The translations under genes and the position numbers were made by a program. The notes under the pieces are model-generated. The model was not told the origin of the DNA and searched no databases. It saw only the letters and a program-made list of their open reading frames with translations. From the NCBI GenBank assembly GCA_964187785.1, contig OZ076409.1:9426001-9490000 (forward strand): a stretch of 64,000 nucleotides of DNA, written 5' to 3'. Origin of the DNA: Amphiscolops sp. MND2022. Its lineage: Eukaryota. This document shows, in pieces, positions 24,961 through 36,425 of the stretch (position 1 is the stretch's first letter; the number at the start of each line of letters is the position of its first letter).

Positions 24961-25772
24961 GCTGGCTCACAATATAATTAAACTCCAACGTTCCAAGGGA
25001 ATAATAACAGGCACACAGGACACGACTGCAAAAGCTCATTCTTCCATTTCTTGTTGTTATAGACTGATCACCTATCTCAATACACAATGGATACCCAACC
25101 TCCCTATCAAACAGTTTTACCCGCGTACCACTGGATATTCAAGGAACCATATTTTGGATCTACCTCCGTCAAATTTCAAATGCTATTCACACGAAGCAGA
25201 AAAAAAGCAGTCGTGGTTCCTCACCAAAAAAGCCTAGTATCCTTCCCCATTCCCTCTTCATAAAAGTACAATCAACACCCGACAAAATACCAGACTTCCT
25301 GGGAAAAACCCATAGATAGCAATATTGATATTATTGTGGAAGAATGAGCAAAACCAACGGTTGCCAAACGAAGGTGAATGATTTCAAGTTTGAACAGGCT
25401 CAAATTCTCTCCAAATATAACAACAATACTCAACTGACTTTCACTATGGTAACGCAACAAATCAATCAACTGCCGATGATCGATGAAAAGTTGCTTAAAC
25501 AAACATTCCACTATATGCGCACCACACGGATGACGTGGCTGACCGACAGTTACTATAAATAAACTCCAACTTCCGACTGCATATTATTTGCCTGCCTCGA
25601 CTTGGCCATTCACGCTTCCGAATAGCTCTCAACCGCTTCATTTGCAACCCACGCGTTTTCCATCTACCTTGCATTGCCACTTCAGCCGCTGTTCAATTCT
25701 CAACTTAACCACCTGCTACCACTCACCTCAGTCATTCACCTTTCCTACTACCCCTACAGCTCACTCTCTCTC

Positions 25773-25786
25773 AAAAAGGGGGGGAA
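25773..25786 (+). promoter_or_regulatory. E1 polypurine tract AAAAAGGGGGGGAA
   Basis: Purine run abutting the 3' LTR. Confidence 0.92.
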
Positions 25787-26887
25787 TGTCATGCCCGCCA
25801 AGCATGAAGAAATGAAATAAACTCTAAAACATTAGTTCTTACATCAAACTCCCTAAAATACAGATCATCATGTAAATACATTGCAGTAATTTATTAGCTA
25901 AATATCACAGTTGGCTATACGACGACTGAAACTAGCAGTCATCAATACCAAATTTCGTTTATGTTATGGTGCATCGTTTAAAAGCTAAAACTGAAATATT
26001 CAATCATTTCCATATTTACGACTGAAACAATCAGTCATCATCCACAGTGATAGTGCATCGTTTAACCGTTCTTTATCCATTTTTTATATTACATGTAAAG
26101 TATTACCAGAATATTCAATCATTTCGTTCATTCATATTAGCAATTTGTACAATGTCCTGCAGTAATTATCCTCCAAACGATAATCGAATCAGTCACCATG
26201 ATGATAAGAACACGCGGTAGTGAAGCCTCAGTTTAAAGAGCAATTGAGACAATTAAGTGCTAAAATGACTGGTGCTTGCGGTCATACTAAATCAAACACG
26301 AACAATTAAACGCCGATCATCACCCGTCATGACTGGGACCACCAGTCGTCAAGTGCAATTAAATAGTAATTAGCAAGTCGAATGTTATTGGCTGAAAGAG
26401 AAAAGGTGCTAACACACCTTGATAGTGACACGGTCGGGTAAAACCGAACTCATTAACGAATTGTGACCATTGATATAACCGGTTGCTTACTACCTTGCTT
26501 ACCAGTCATCAATAGTTGTTATAACATTAAAATACTTCAATTCAACTTAAAACTTCAGACTTTTCATGGTAATCACCAGATCTCAAAGTAGTCGAAATAG
26601 ACAGATTGATACTGAGAACATGGATAGAACTAGTGATAATGAAAGTGAAACCAGCTTCCCTGAACTCTTGTCTAGAGAACAAATGGTAGACCTTGACTCT
26701 GATGACGTTTTAACTAGACGTCAAAATAGTAGTAATTACGACATTGACCGAAGATTTAACGAGATAAATAGGCAAATCGGAGACCTTACAAACATAGTCC
26801 TCACGCTAACCAACCAGTTTGCCTCCGTTAATGGAGAAGGGAATAGACTGAATCCAGTAACTACTAGTACTGACAGTCGTTCCGACA
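25787..26887 (+). repeat. E1 3' LTR (1101 bp), including a second copy of the first 107 Gag codons
   Basis: Direct repeat of 11689-12789, followed by TSD CTTGG. Confidence 0.97.
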
Positions 26888-27397
26888 CTTGGGATTCGCA
26901 ATTAATAGCAATAATTGATTCTTAGAAGTTTTAGAAAATTTTTAGAAAATTCTTAGAAATTTAGAGTTTGAAACTTACCAGCTTCGCGTTCGTTTGACAA
27001 AAATACTCTTACCACCACCTGTTAGTATAATATACTGTTAGTATAAAATTCACATATTCTTACTTGAATAGTATTCAGAATACTTGTAGTATGTGACTGT
27101 AAATTCGGTTGTAGCTTCTGTGCGAACTGAAGTAACGTGAATATTTGCAGCAAATGCCGCTGTTCAAACTGAAATCGATCTACAAATTCTCTCGCTGCGA
27201 ATGAATTTGAAGCCAAATCGAGTTGGAGCTAAATATAAAATACCGTCATTCTCCAAAGTCTCTCGTAGAGCTTCATTAGCGCGGACTACGTTATCAAAAC
27301 AACGACGGTAGAATGACGTAATATGATGTCATTTACGTGACGTCATTGATGCGTGCATGGTAAGACGACACCAATCTGGATTCAGTTGTGTTAACAC

Positions 27398-28752
27398 TAG
27401 GCTTGTGCGTTTTTCACGGAAAATTCCTTCGGTTTTCACGCCGCGTTTCACGGCAATTTTTACGTAATTTCACGCTCTTTTTCACCCACAAAGACTTAAT
27501 ACACGCTCATTTCACGCTACTTTTACATTTTTTCCCAAAAAAATGATACATCCAAACCCGGATCCAAATTCACAAGTCTTCCATGCGATTCCATGCATGG
27601 AACCATATGCTACTTTACGATAATTTCATGCCGTTTCCATGCATGGAATCGCTTGGAATCATATGGTTCCATGCATGGAATCGCGTGGAATCATATGGTT
27701 CCAGGCATGGAATCGTATTGAATCATATGGTTCCAGGCATGGAATCGTATGGAATCATATGGTTCCAGGCATGGAATCGCATGGAATCATATGGTTCCAC
27801 GCATGGAATCGTATGGAATCATATGATTCCAAGCTTGGAATCGCATGGAATTGTAGGTATGAAATCGGATTGAATCATATGGAAAACGAAGGAACCCACT
27901 GTAATGACATCTGAAAATATCGAAAACATCTAAAATTACAGGAAGAACCACTAAAATAACCTCTAAAATTACTGAAAGAACCACTGGAACAAGATTTGAG
28001 AAAAAAACGATATCACAGCAGAAAATGTCGGACTCGGTTCCAAACTGCAAACGTAGTTTGCAGAAGCTGAAAACCCAAGTCCTTATGCCTAACAGTTTGG
28101 AAGCACTCCAATTTTCCAGTTTTATTGTATCGTTTTCCGTTTTCCAGTTCAAATCAAATCAAATCCAGTCGTTTTCCAGTTGTTTCCGGAAAGTGACACG
28201 CAAGTAGAACGAAAATTTGAATTTTCGAGAATTTCGAATTTTTGCTTTTTGTTCCATACCTCTCCATGCATGGAATCATATGGTTCCATGCACTTCCATG
28301 TATGGAATCATAGGATTCCATGCGTGGAATTGCATGGAAGGTCTGTAGGTCATGGTTCCATGCATGGAATCGTATGGAATCATACGGATCATATGCTTCC
28401 ATGCATGGAATTGCATGGAAGCCTTATGAATTTGGATCCGGGAAGATTTACAATTTTCCAGCGTTGAATAAGAGGAACAAAAGTGGCTCTTTTCTGTCCC
28501 CACCATCGAAATTGTTTGGAAAATTATTGAATATCTCAGTTGGAGATTGTTCTCTCGACGCCCGCCCACCGACGACCCAACTAAGTAACAATACTTGATA
28601 ATATGAGTGAGTACATTTTCTGAAATTTTACATTTCTCACAAATATAAGACCAATTTCACGCTCATTTACACGCCATTACACGCAAAAATTCAGTCGGCC
28701 GATTACACGCTATTTTACACGCGATTCACGCCGTGACATACGTACAGGCCTG
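27398..28752. mobile_element. hAT-type MITE with 8-bp TSD GTTAACAC
   Basis: Imperfect TIRs TAGGCTTGTGCG / CGTACAGGCCTG; GTTAACAC at 27390-27397 and 28753-28760; TT(C/A)CACG subterminal repeats. Confidence 0.85.
27557..28442. mobile_element. Nested TIR element (CCC..GGG ends, AA flanks, possibly CMC/EnSpm-like) with CATGGAAT subterminal arrays
   Basis: CCCGGATCCAAATTCA.. at 27557 and its reverse complement ending 28442; ~32-bp tandem units at 27583-27850 and a related array at 28250-28420. Confidence 0.8.
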
Positions 28753-28906
28753 GTTAACACCTTTTGACGATTATGCAAAACATGCTATTACCTTATTTTT
28801 TGAGGTAACAGGTTCTAATTACTGAAGTTCGAGAATGCAATAAAAACTTATAATGTTCAGGGGTGTGAAATATTGTATTTGAATATATTTTGTCAAAAAA
28901 ATAAAT

Positions 28907-29106
28907 GGATCTTTTCTGTTAATTCCCCCCCCAGACCAATTTAATTCCCCCCAGTTAAGCGGCCAAGAGAAATTATCATTGAATTATTAGTAACAATTAA
29001 ATTGCAGTATTTTATAACTCTAACTGCAACTGAAACTCATCGCTGATAGTGGTGGGGAATTAAAATTTCCGCGCTTACTGGGGGGGGTAATTAACAGAAA
29101 AGATCC
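28907..29106. mobile_element. 200-bp MITE with TIR GGATCTTTTCTGTTAATT.CCCCCC and 4-bp TSD AAAT (possibly Sola-like)
   Basis: TIRs and flanking AAAT (28903-28906, 29107-29110) are visible. Confidence 0.85.
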
Positions 29107-29307
29107 AAATAAATATATTGTTTGATTCAAGTTCAGCAATAAATATATTGTATTTATTGTCCTGCAATATTTTAGAAAAACAATAGTTTTTTGAAATATT
29201 TTATTGGGCAGAGAAACATCCATTTACAAGGCAAACATCCCAATGTTGTTTTGGCTACGACAAACAGCCGTGAGCATTATGCGTAGCGAACAGCTTAGTG
29301 AAATTAT

Positions 29308-29725
29308 TGTGATGCCATGATGAATGTCCTCAAAGATTTTATAAATCTGAAATACTCTGAACTCTTAACAAAAGAAATTAGTAAATCTAATTGAATCTAG
29401 AAACCAATTATTCTAGAAGAAACTTCGTTTAATATATCCTGTACCAAGCTTCCCCAATTCATCCTGTTGCTGTCACATTGTAATTGATGAAACCTACCCT
29501 AGTTAATAGAATATATCTACTCGGAGAAATTGAGAATTCTTCCTGACGATCAGTCTTCTTCCAACACTCCAGTAACTGAGATCTCAGAAATAGATTGTAC
29601 TCAGAACTAGCTAGCTACCAAGTATAAGATAAAAGATAAGACGACTCCGCTGTTAAAATCTTAGACTTCTTATGTCAGTTCTAACTCGTATAAAAGAAAC
29701 AACCACAAAACTTTTTAACAGCTCA
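29308..29725 (+). repeat. E2 5' LTR (418 bp)
   Basis: TGTGATGCC...AGCTCA; two mismatches noticed against 47197-47614. Confidence 0.95.
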
Positions 29726-29727
29726 AT

Positions 29728-29740
29728 TGGTGCGACCACG
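29728..29740 (+). promoter_or_regulatory. E2 candidate PBS TGGTGCGACCACG
   Basis: TGG lies 2 nt after the LTR-terminal CA; cognate tRNA not identified. Confidence 0.7.
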
Positions 29741-30837
29741 AAAATTCTTCTTTCTCTCCCATTTATTTCACACATCTACAATTGTTGTACACCTTTCCTC
29801 AACTTTCTCATTCGATATCTTTTCGTTCGACACACAGTCTCTCCACCTCTCAATATTGCATACCGTTATTAACTTCAACGTTGCAACCAATTTCTACTTG
29901 AAATTGATCCGTGTTGCTATGGTTCTGACTGCGTTCATCAACGTAATTCCTGTCAGTCATACTTCTTGGTTCTGACTACGTTTCTTCACGTAATTCCTGT
30001 CAGTTAAATTTTTCGTTCCAACCACCTCTGAGTGAATTCGTGTTGGCTTTCTTCTTCTCTCTTTCTTCCGTTCCAACCGCAGACGTGCGATACGTGTTGG
30101 CCCTTCTACAGTGCTATCCAGCGATTCCTGCTAGTAAAAATTTCTTTGGTTCTATCCGCTTGGATCAACTTTAAAGTTGGCACACCTATATAACACATAT
30201 TTTCTACATAACATAATTATAATACTTTTCTTATTCTCTCTACTATACTACAAACAACATACAAAACTCCTTTAAAACTCTCTTACGGATCCAAACATAT
30301 AACAATTAAAATATATAATACATAACAATTTAAATATATAACATATATCACATATTTCTTTACATAACTTTCATTTTTTCATACACCTATATACAACAAA
30401 GTTTTGTACAACTTCTTTGACACACTTCTATAGAACTTTATTGTACATGCCGCCTTCAGTAGACATTGTAGTCAAACTCATTGTCTGCTTTTGGTTCTTT
30501 GTTGCTATCATTGCCGGTCTTGCACTTTTTCTCGACAAATTCTTAATTTCATTTATACCAAAATTTTAAAGTACAACCTTTTCCTTCTATGTTAACAAGT
30601 ATAGTACTACCTCTTTTTGGACTACTTAGTATATACCACACTTTCACAATACTTATTCAATATATACAAAACCCATTTCTTCTTTTCATAAGTATTGTAC
30701 TTACTACTTTCCTACAAGTTATTTTCATAGATCAAATTTTACCATATAATTCACAATTCAATACAAAATATCTTCTTTTCCGATACATCTATCCTTTATG
30801 ACAATCCTATTGTACTAATCAAACCTAATATCATATA

Positions 30838-31542
30838 ATGCTCCCCACTCCATTTACAGTCTCTAATGATAAAAGACAAAATCGATCTCTTATACAATAT
30901 GTAACACCTTTTCTACAAAATATTATCTTTCAGTACACTAACCCACTTCCATTTGAAACAGAACCCCATATATTACACACTATTCCATTAATACGAGAAC
31001 ATTGTGATTCCTACTTATATTATATCCAATATAAAACACTTGACATAACACCATCACAAACTCCTTTCCAAGTTATTTTTAACCCTGTTAAAGGAATAAA
31101 CTCTGGAACATTTTATAGAACTATACACCCACAGAATATTACACTTTCTATACAAGATGTTTTTCACACATATATGCAAAAACTCATTGAATTCAATGAA
31201 CACCAAGACATACCACCTTATCGTCCTTCTCATTTACAAGAACTAAAACACTTATCTGAATATTTCGAGGTCCCTGATCTTGACACAAAAGTTCAAAGAC
31301 ATGGTAACCCTCATTATTGGCTACAACGAGATATATTACAAATAAAGAATTTCGAGTTCAAATTCTTTACAAAAATTACCCTTACAGATGACACTATACC
31401 TCAAGTCAAAATTTTTACACATTTCTTATTAAAATTCTTTAGATTTAACTACCAATTACTCTGGGAACAAAAAGACCAAAACGCTTATACTAACTTCCCA
31501 AAAGCATTAACAGATCATCTGTTAATGCTTTTGGGAAGTTAG
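30838..31542 (+). pseudogene. E2 polyprotein N-terminal segment, cut off by a 146-bp insertion (31516-31661)
   Basis: Removing 31516-31661 gives ..ACA GAT|GAT ATA GAA.. (ALTD-DIELLPY), fusing this ORF in frame to 31644-36410. Confidence 0.8.
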
Positions 31543-31643
31543 TTAATCTGTTAATCATCTGTTAATGCTTTTGGGAAAATGTGTAACATTTAATGAAGTA
31601 AGATCTATGTAATGTGAGTGTTTGTTTTTATTGTCTATGATGT

Positions 31644-34600
31644 ATGGTAAGAGTTCTATATGATATAGAACTCTTACCATACATCATAGACAATAAAAAC
31701 AAACACTCACATTACATAGATCTTACTTCATTAAATGTTACACATTTTGAACAAATAAACCTAGATCACAACTTTGTACTTGAACATTCTGAAACATCAG
31801 ATAGTAGACCTTATATTACATCTGATACTTTACATCAAACAACTCTTCAAACACAAACCTTTAATGTTGAACCTCCATATATCAGACAACAATCAGAACA
31901 ATCAGAACAAGAATCTATAACACAAGAAACACTTGTTCATCTTTTTCAAAATCCTGATTCTCCTCAAGAACAATCACCACAGCCGCCACAATCACAAATC
32001 TTTGATACGCGACAACCAAATCCGTCTGAAACACATACACTTCCCAATACATCAGAACTTTCCGACGAAACAGTACAAAATCCACAAAGTTTTACAATAA
32101 CTGAGGACTCCAATCTTATAACAATTCCTACCCACAATATCACCCAAAGGACTACAAATCAGAATCAAGACAACCCTTCAAATGTCATCACAGACAATAC
32201 TTCTGTTTTATCCCCATATAATACTAATATTACACAACCCTCTCAGACACAAATATTACCTCCTCGAAATTATGATCCACCTCCTATTCCTTCTCAATTC
32301 TTAGCTCCAATAAATACTCATGTCTCTCCTCAACCAAGCTCATCAAATACACACTCTATTACACAGAACAATAATACAGTACATTTCCAAACACCAACTC
32401 CACCTTCATCATCTGAAATACAAACTTCAACTTATACTCCAGCTCAAACTAACCCAGTACAAACTACACAGCCTACTTTAAATATTAACACAATTCATTC
32501 TAACCCGCTCTCTAACTATACTACAGCCAGACATCTGTCTCGACCTCCATTACAACCTATATTAACTGACCCATTATCATACAATCTTACCAGTACCAAT
32601 CCAAGTCATACCCAACAATCTCAGATAAATTATAACACACACAACCAATTAAACACTCTTTCTTCCCAGCATACATCCAATACAATCCCTCCTACATTAC
32701 AAACCTCTCACTTTCAAATATCAAATCCTCCTTCAACAACAATTAGAACTAACCCTCACTTTCATGATACTTCAACTATTCCTACAACTAATATTTCAAA
32801 CCATCCTACGTATAATACAACACCTCCATCTACTATGTCTCATAACACTATGTCACATCCAACATATATTAACTCTTCTACTTCTATATCAGAACCCATT
32901 AAACCTTTTGATGGACTCGATCACAACTATACACCTGAAGAATATTTACAACATATTGAGGCACGTGTTACATTCTCTTTAGGTTTACAACCTACATCAG
33001 AACATGAATATAAATTTTGGCACGCTCGCCGCATGGCTTTCATACAATGCTCTTTAACAGGTACAGCACTAAGCTGGTACATCCGTTTAAACGACACTTA
33101 TAAACATGATTGGCACGCTTTTGTACAAGCTTTCAAAAAACAATTTTCTTCACAAAAGAACGCTTATTATGCTCAAGTTGAAGCCCTTAACTTAACAAAG
33201 AAAGATAATGAAACAGTACGTCATTTTGCACTCAAAGTTCAACAACTGGTTGAAAAAGGCTGGTGTAATGAGAATGCATCTACTATCAACCTTAAATGCA
33301 ATGAAATCTTTACAAAAGGATTTCCAAAAACCCTTAAAGACTTTGCAAACAAAAGACAAGTAAAACACACCTCTACTGTTCTAGAACCTTCGATTCCTTT
33401 TCATACTTTGGTAAAACTTGTTGACGCTGAAGATATTGCAAACGACAAAATTAGAACACATGATCTTGCACTTGAAATCAACAATAATACAAAACAATTG
33501 AACACTCAAACCCTAGATCACCCATCTCAAGAACAACTTATGTATACACAACCCAAAGACCCAAATAACAAAAATAAACCTGCATATAAAAAATATTGCT
33601 CATACTGTCATAGAACAAATCACTCCATTTCTGCTTGTTTCAAAAAACAACGAGATGATCAAGATAAACGAGAAGCATATGCTCGATCAAAATCTCCACA
33701 AAAATCATTCGTTCAGTACTTTCGTTCCCCTTCAAATGACAAAACAAAACACTATGATAATCGATATCGAAGTCGAAGTACTTCACGAGACAACTCTTAT
33801 CACCAAAAATATTCACAAGATCGATACCGTTCTACATCTCGAGATAGAGACCGATTTCGTTATGATAAAAGTACTACTCCTCCACATTACTCCAGATCAA
33901 GATATGACACTTATAAACGTGATTCTCGATCTTACCGTTCTCCTTACAGATCTTCTTATAGATCTCCATATAGACAAAATTCTCGTCCTAGATACAGATC
34001 ACGCTCCTATTCAAGAGATGACAAATTTAACAAATACACAAATTCATATAGACCACCTTCTAGACCAAGAAACTCTCGATTTTCCAGATCCCGATCACAT
34101 TCAAATTCCAGAAATAAAATCAATATAATACAACAACAGGAACAAACTGATCCTATCAAATTTGAAGTACACATGTATCACCCAACAGCAATGGCAAATG
34201 CTGTCACGCCTACAAGTTGGTTTTATACTCTATATGTACACACCCCATCAAGTATAGTACAAAGAGACAACCCATCTAGATTAGAAATTGCATTCCTCCT
34301 AGATAGCGGTGCTTCCATTTCTGTACTCAACTATCCAACATACATAACTCTTACAAAACTTCTTGATATCAGACCAAATCACACCTCTGATGTTGGACCA
34401 ACTAGAAATTCCAAAACACTAACTGTTGCAAACCAAACTGAAGTTCCTATTTTACATTATGCAAATATCATTCTGAACACCACTATTGACGAAAACTCTC
34501 GATACTTTTCAGTACCCTTCGCAGTAGCTGATATTAAATACAATATCCTTGGTACACCATTCTTCGAAGACAATATACAAAACATAAACATACAAGACTT

Positions 34601-36410
34601 TACACTCGAATTTAAATACCAATCAAAAACACACCCAAATTATGCAAAATTTACAACACTTCTATCTAAAGATTATCCATACTTCTCTTACATTTATAGA
34701 ATTAACTCAAAAACTCAAATACGTTTAAAACCCAAATTTTCCAAAATTGCACACTTTCCGATCAAAAATTATCATAATCTTCATTTTACAACTACACCAC
34801 AAAACCACTTCTTTCCTTCAGTACCTCATACCTATTTTGCTACCAAATTCCGTACAACTTTCAATTTTATTGAAGTTTTTACAGACGACAAGCCAGACAT
34901 ATGTGCAACTATTATTCAAAACACTTCAAAACATATTGCAACGCTACCTACAGGACATATTGGCTACATCGAAGTTCCAATTACTAATGAAAAACCTAAA
35001 TTCTTCCAAGTTAACGACATTAATACTTTAATACATAATGTTACTCATACTTATCATCCTGATATTACAGAACCACTTCCACAGACCAATTATATTGTAC
35101 AATATGATGATCCTACAACCCCTCCTCCACAATTCTCTTTACATCAAATTTATATGACAAATGACAACATTCCAAACCAAACTTCTCCCCTATATAACGT
35201 TCAACCTACTTCTCATACCTCAGAAAAACACACTTTCCCTTCTCTTCCATATACTTCTGAAAATCTGAAATTTATTAACAAATTTAACTTCCAATTTTCT
35301 GACCTTACAGATTCAGAATACATTACTCTTTGCAATATGCTACTCAAAAATAAAACATGTTATGCAACCCATAAAAACGATGTTGGAAAAATTTCAACAC
35401 CCTTTCGCATCCGACTTAAACCAAATGCTCAACTTATGACACAACGTCCTTCCAAAGTCCCTATTCATTATCGAGACAAATTAAATGCACTTCTCAAAGA
35501 ACTCGAAAAATATAACATTATCAAACAAAATGGTTCTTCTCCTCAAGACAAACCCGTTTATGGCACAACTTATTTAAATCCTCTTATTATAATCCCCAAG
35601 GGAGATACAATAAAATGTGTATTAGACGCTCGACATCTTAATTCCAATACAGAACAATCTGATGAATCTTGGCCTATTGAACCTCTTGCTCCACAACTAG
35701 CACGCGCAAACAAAAAGTACAAATCTGCTATTGACCTTATGTATGCCTATGCACATACACCTCTTGACGAAGTTACTATAAAACTTACTAGCTTCTCTTC
35801 AGGAGACAAACTTTTCGCTTTCATACGAGGCTTTTATGGTCTCAAAGGACTACCAAATTTCTTTACAAAACAAATGTCTACTTTCTTTAAAACTCTTATA
35901 GAACAAGGTTTCGCTCTTGTCTACATTGACGATATATTACTTTTATCCGACTCTAAAGAACACATGTTTCAACTCATAGAACAATTACACATTATCAGTA
36001 CAAAAAATAATCTTAAACTAGCCCCTGAAAAATCCTTTTTCATGCTCCTTAAAGTCAAATTCCTTGGACATGAAATTGGTTACAATACAATTAAACCAAT
36101 TCATTCAAAAATTGCAGCTGTTCATAAGATCCCTTCTCCAACTGGCAAAGTTGCCCTAATGAGTTTCATTGGCGCACTCAATTTTTACACTAAATTTATT
36201 CAAAAACTACATATTAACCTCAAACCGTTTTACGATCTTTTACATGAAAACACTCCTTGGAAATGGACAGACGACCACGAAAGTCTATTCCAAAAACTTA
36301 AAATGTCTCTCACTTCTGAAACAGAATCAACAATACCGAACACAAAACATCCATTTTTCATTACAGTTGACGCTTCCCTTATTGGATTAGGCGCTGTCTT
36401 ATTCCAGTGA
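31644..36410 (+). CDS. gag-pol: E2 Gag-PR-RT (and start of RNase H) part of a single polyprotein
   Basis: S/T/P/Q-rich region; capsid-like FDGLD..SLTGTALSW; knuckle CSYCHRTNHSISAC; RS-rich tract; FLLDSGAS protease; LVYIDDIL reverse transcriptase; VDASLIGLGAVL RNase H. Ends at an in-frame TGA. Confidence 0.92.
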   Translation: MVRVLYDIELLPYIIDNKNKHSHYIDLTSLNVTHFEQINLDHNFVLEHSETSDSRPYITSDTLHQTTLQTQTFNVEPPYIRQQSEQSEQESITQETLVHLFQNPDSPQEQSPQPPQSQIFDTRQPNPSETHTLPNTSELSDETVQNPQSFTITEDSNLITIPTHNITQRTTNQNQDNPSNVITDNTSVLSPYNTNITQPSQTQILPPRNYDPPPIPSQFLAPINTHVSPQPSSSNTHSITQNNNTVHFQTPTPPSSSEIQTSTYTPAQTNPVQTTQPTLNINTIHSNPLSNYTTARHLSRPPLQPILTDPLSYNLTSTNPSHTQQSQINYNTHNQLNTLSSQHTSNTIPPTLQTSHFQISNPPSTTIRTNPHFHDTSTIPTTNISNHPTYNTTPPSTMSHNTMSHPTYINSSTSISEPIKPFDGLDHNYTPEEYLQHIEARVTFSLGLQPTSEHEYKFWHARRMAFIQCSLTGTALSWYIRLNDTYKHDWHAFVQAFKKQFSSQKNAYYAQVEALNLTKKDNETVRHFALKVQQLVEKGWCNENASTINLKCNEIFTKGFPKTLKDFANKRQVKHTSTVLEPSIPFHTLVKLVDAEDIANDKIRTHDLALEINNNTKQLNTQTLDHPSQEQLMYTQPKDPNNKNKPAYKKYCSYCHRTNHSISACFKKQRDDQDKREAYARSKSPQKSFVQYFRSPSNDKTKHYDNRYRSRSTSRDNSYHQKYSQDRYRSTSRDRDRFRYDKSTTPPHYSRSRYDTYKRDSRSYRSPYRSSYRSPYRQNSRPRYRSRSYSRDDKFNKYTNSYRPPSRPRNSRFSRSRSHSNSRNKINIIQQQEQTDPIKFEVHMYHPTAMANAVTPTSWFYTLYVHTPSSIVQRDNPSRLEIAFLLDSGASISVLNYPTYITLTKLLDIRPNHTSDVGPTRNSKTLTVANQTEVPILHYANIILNTTIDENSRYFSVPFAVADIKYNILGTPFFEDNIQNINIQDFTLEFKYQSKTHPNYAKFTTLLSKDYPYFSYIYRINSKTQIRLKPKFSKIAHFPIKNYHNLHFTTTPQNHFFPSVPHTYFATKFRTTFNFIEVFTDDKPDICATIIQNTSKHIATLPTGHIGYIEVPITNEKPKFFQVNDINTLIHNVTHTYHPDITEPLPQTNYIVQYDDPTTPPPQFSLHQIYMTNDNIPNQTSPLYNVQPTSHTSEKHTFPSLPYTSENLKFINKFNFQFSDLTDSEYITLCNMLLKNKTCYATHKNDVGKISTPFRIRLKPNAQLMTQRPSKVPIHYRDKLNALLKELEKYNIIKQNGSSPQDKPVYGTTYLNPLIIIPKGDTIKCVLDARHLNSNTEQSDESWPIEPLAPQLARANKKYKSAIDLMYAYAHTPLDEVTIKLTSFSSGDKLFAFIRGFYGLKGLPNFFTKQMSTFFKTLIEQGFALVYIDDILLLSDSKEHMFQLIEQLHIISTKNNLKLAPEKSFFMLLKVKFLGHEIGYNTIKPIHSKIAAVHKIPSPTGKVALMSFIGALNFYTKFIQKLHINLKPFYDLLHENTPWKWTDDHESLFQKLKMSLTSETESTIPNTKHPFFITVDASLIGLGAVLFQ

Positions 36411-36425
36411 AATGAACAAAACAAA

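Larger units (their letters stand above)
11689..26887 (+). mobile_element. E1: full-length, apparently intact Ty3/Gypsy LTR retrotransposon (15.2 kb) with an antisense spliced accessory gene
   Basis: TG..CA LTR pair; 5-bp TSD CTTGG at 11684-11688 and 26888-26892; PBS, PPT, and intact gag and pol. Confidence 0.97.

Noticed and set aside
26566..26925. Independent 119-aa gene
   Set aside because: It is the 3' LTR copy of the Gag leader plus 12 codons of flanking DNA.
27583..28598. Short ORFs with WNH/MES repeats
   Set aside because: They are translations of the CATGGAAT subterminal arrays of a MITE.
36408..36410. Programmed stop-codon readthrough in E2 pol
   Set aside because: The TGA falls inside RNase H (LFQ*NEQ), not at a gag-pol boundary, and lacks a recognisable readthrough context. 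A point mutation is simpler in a copy with other lesions.
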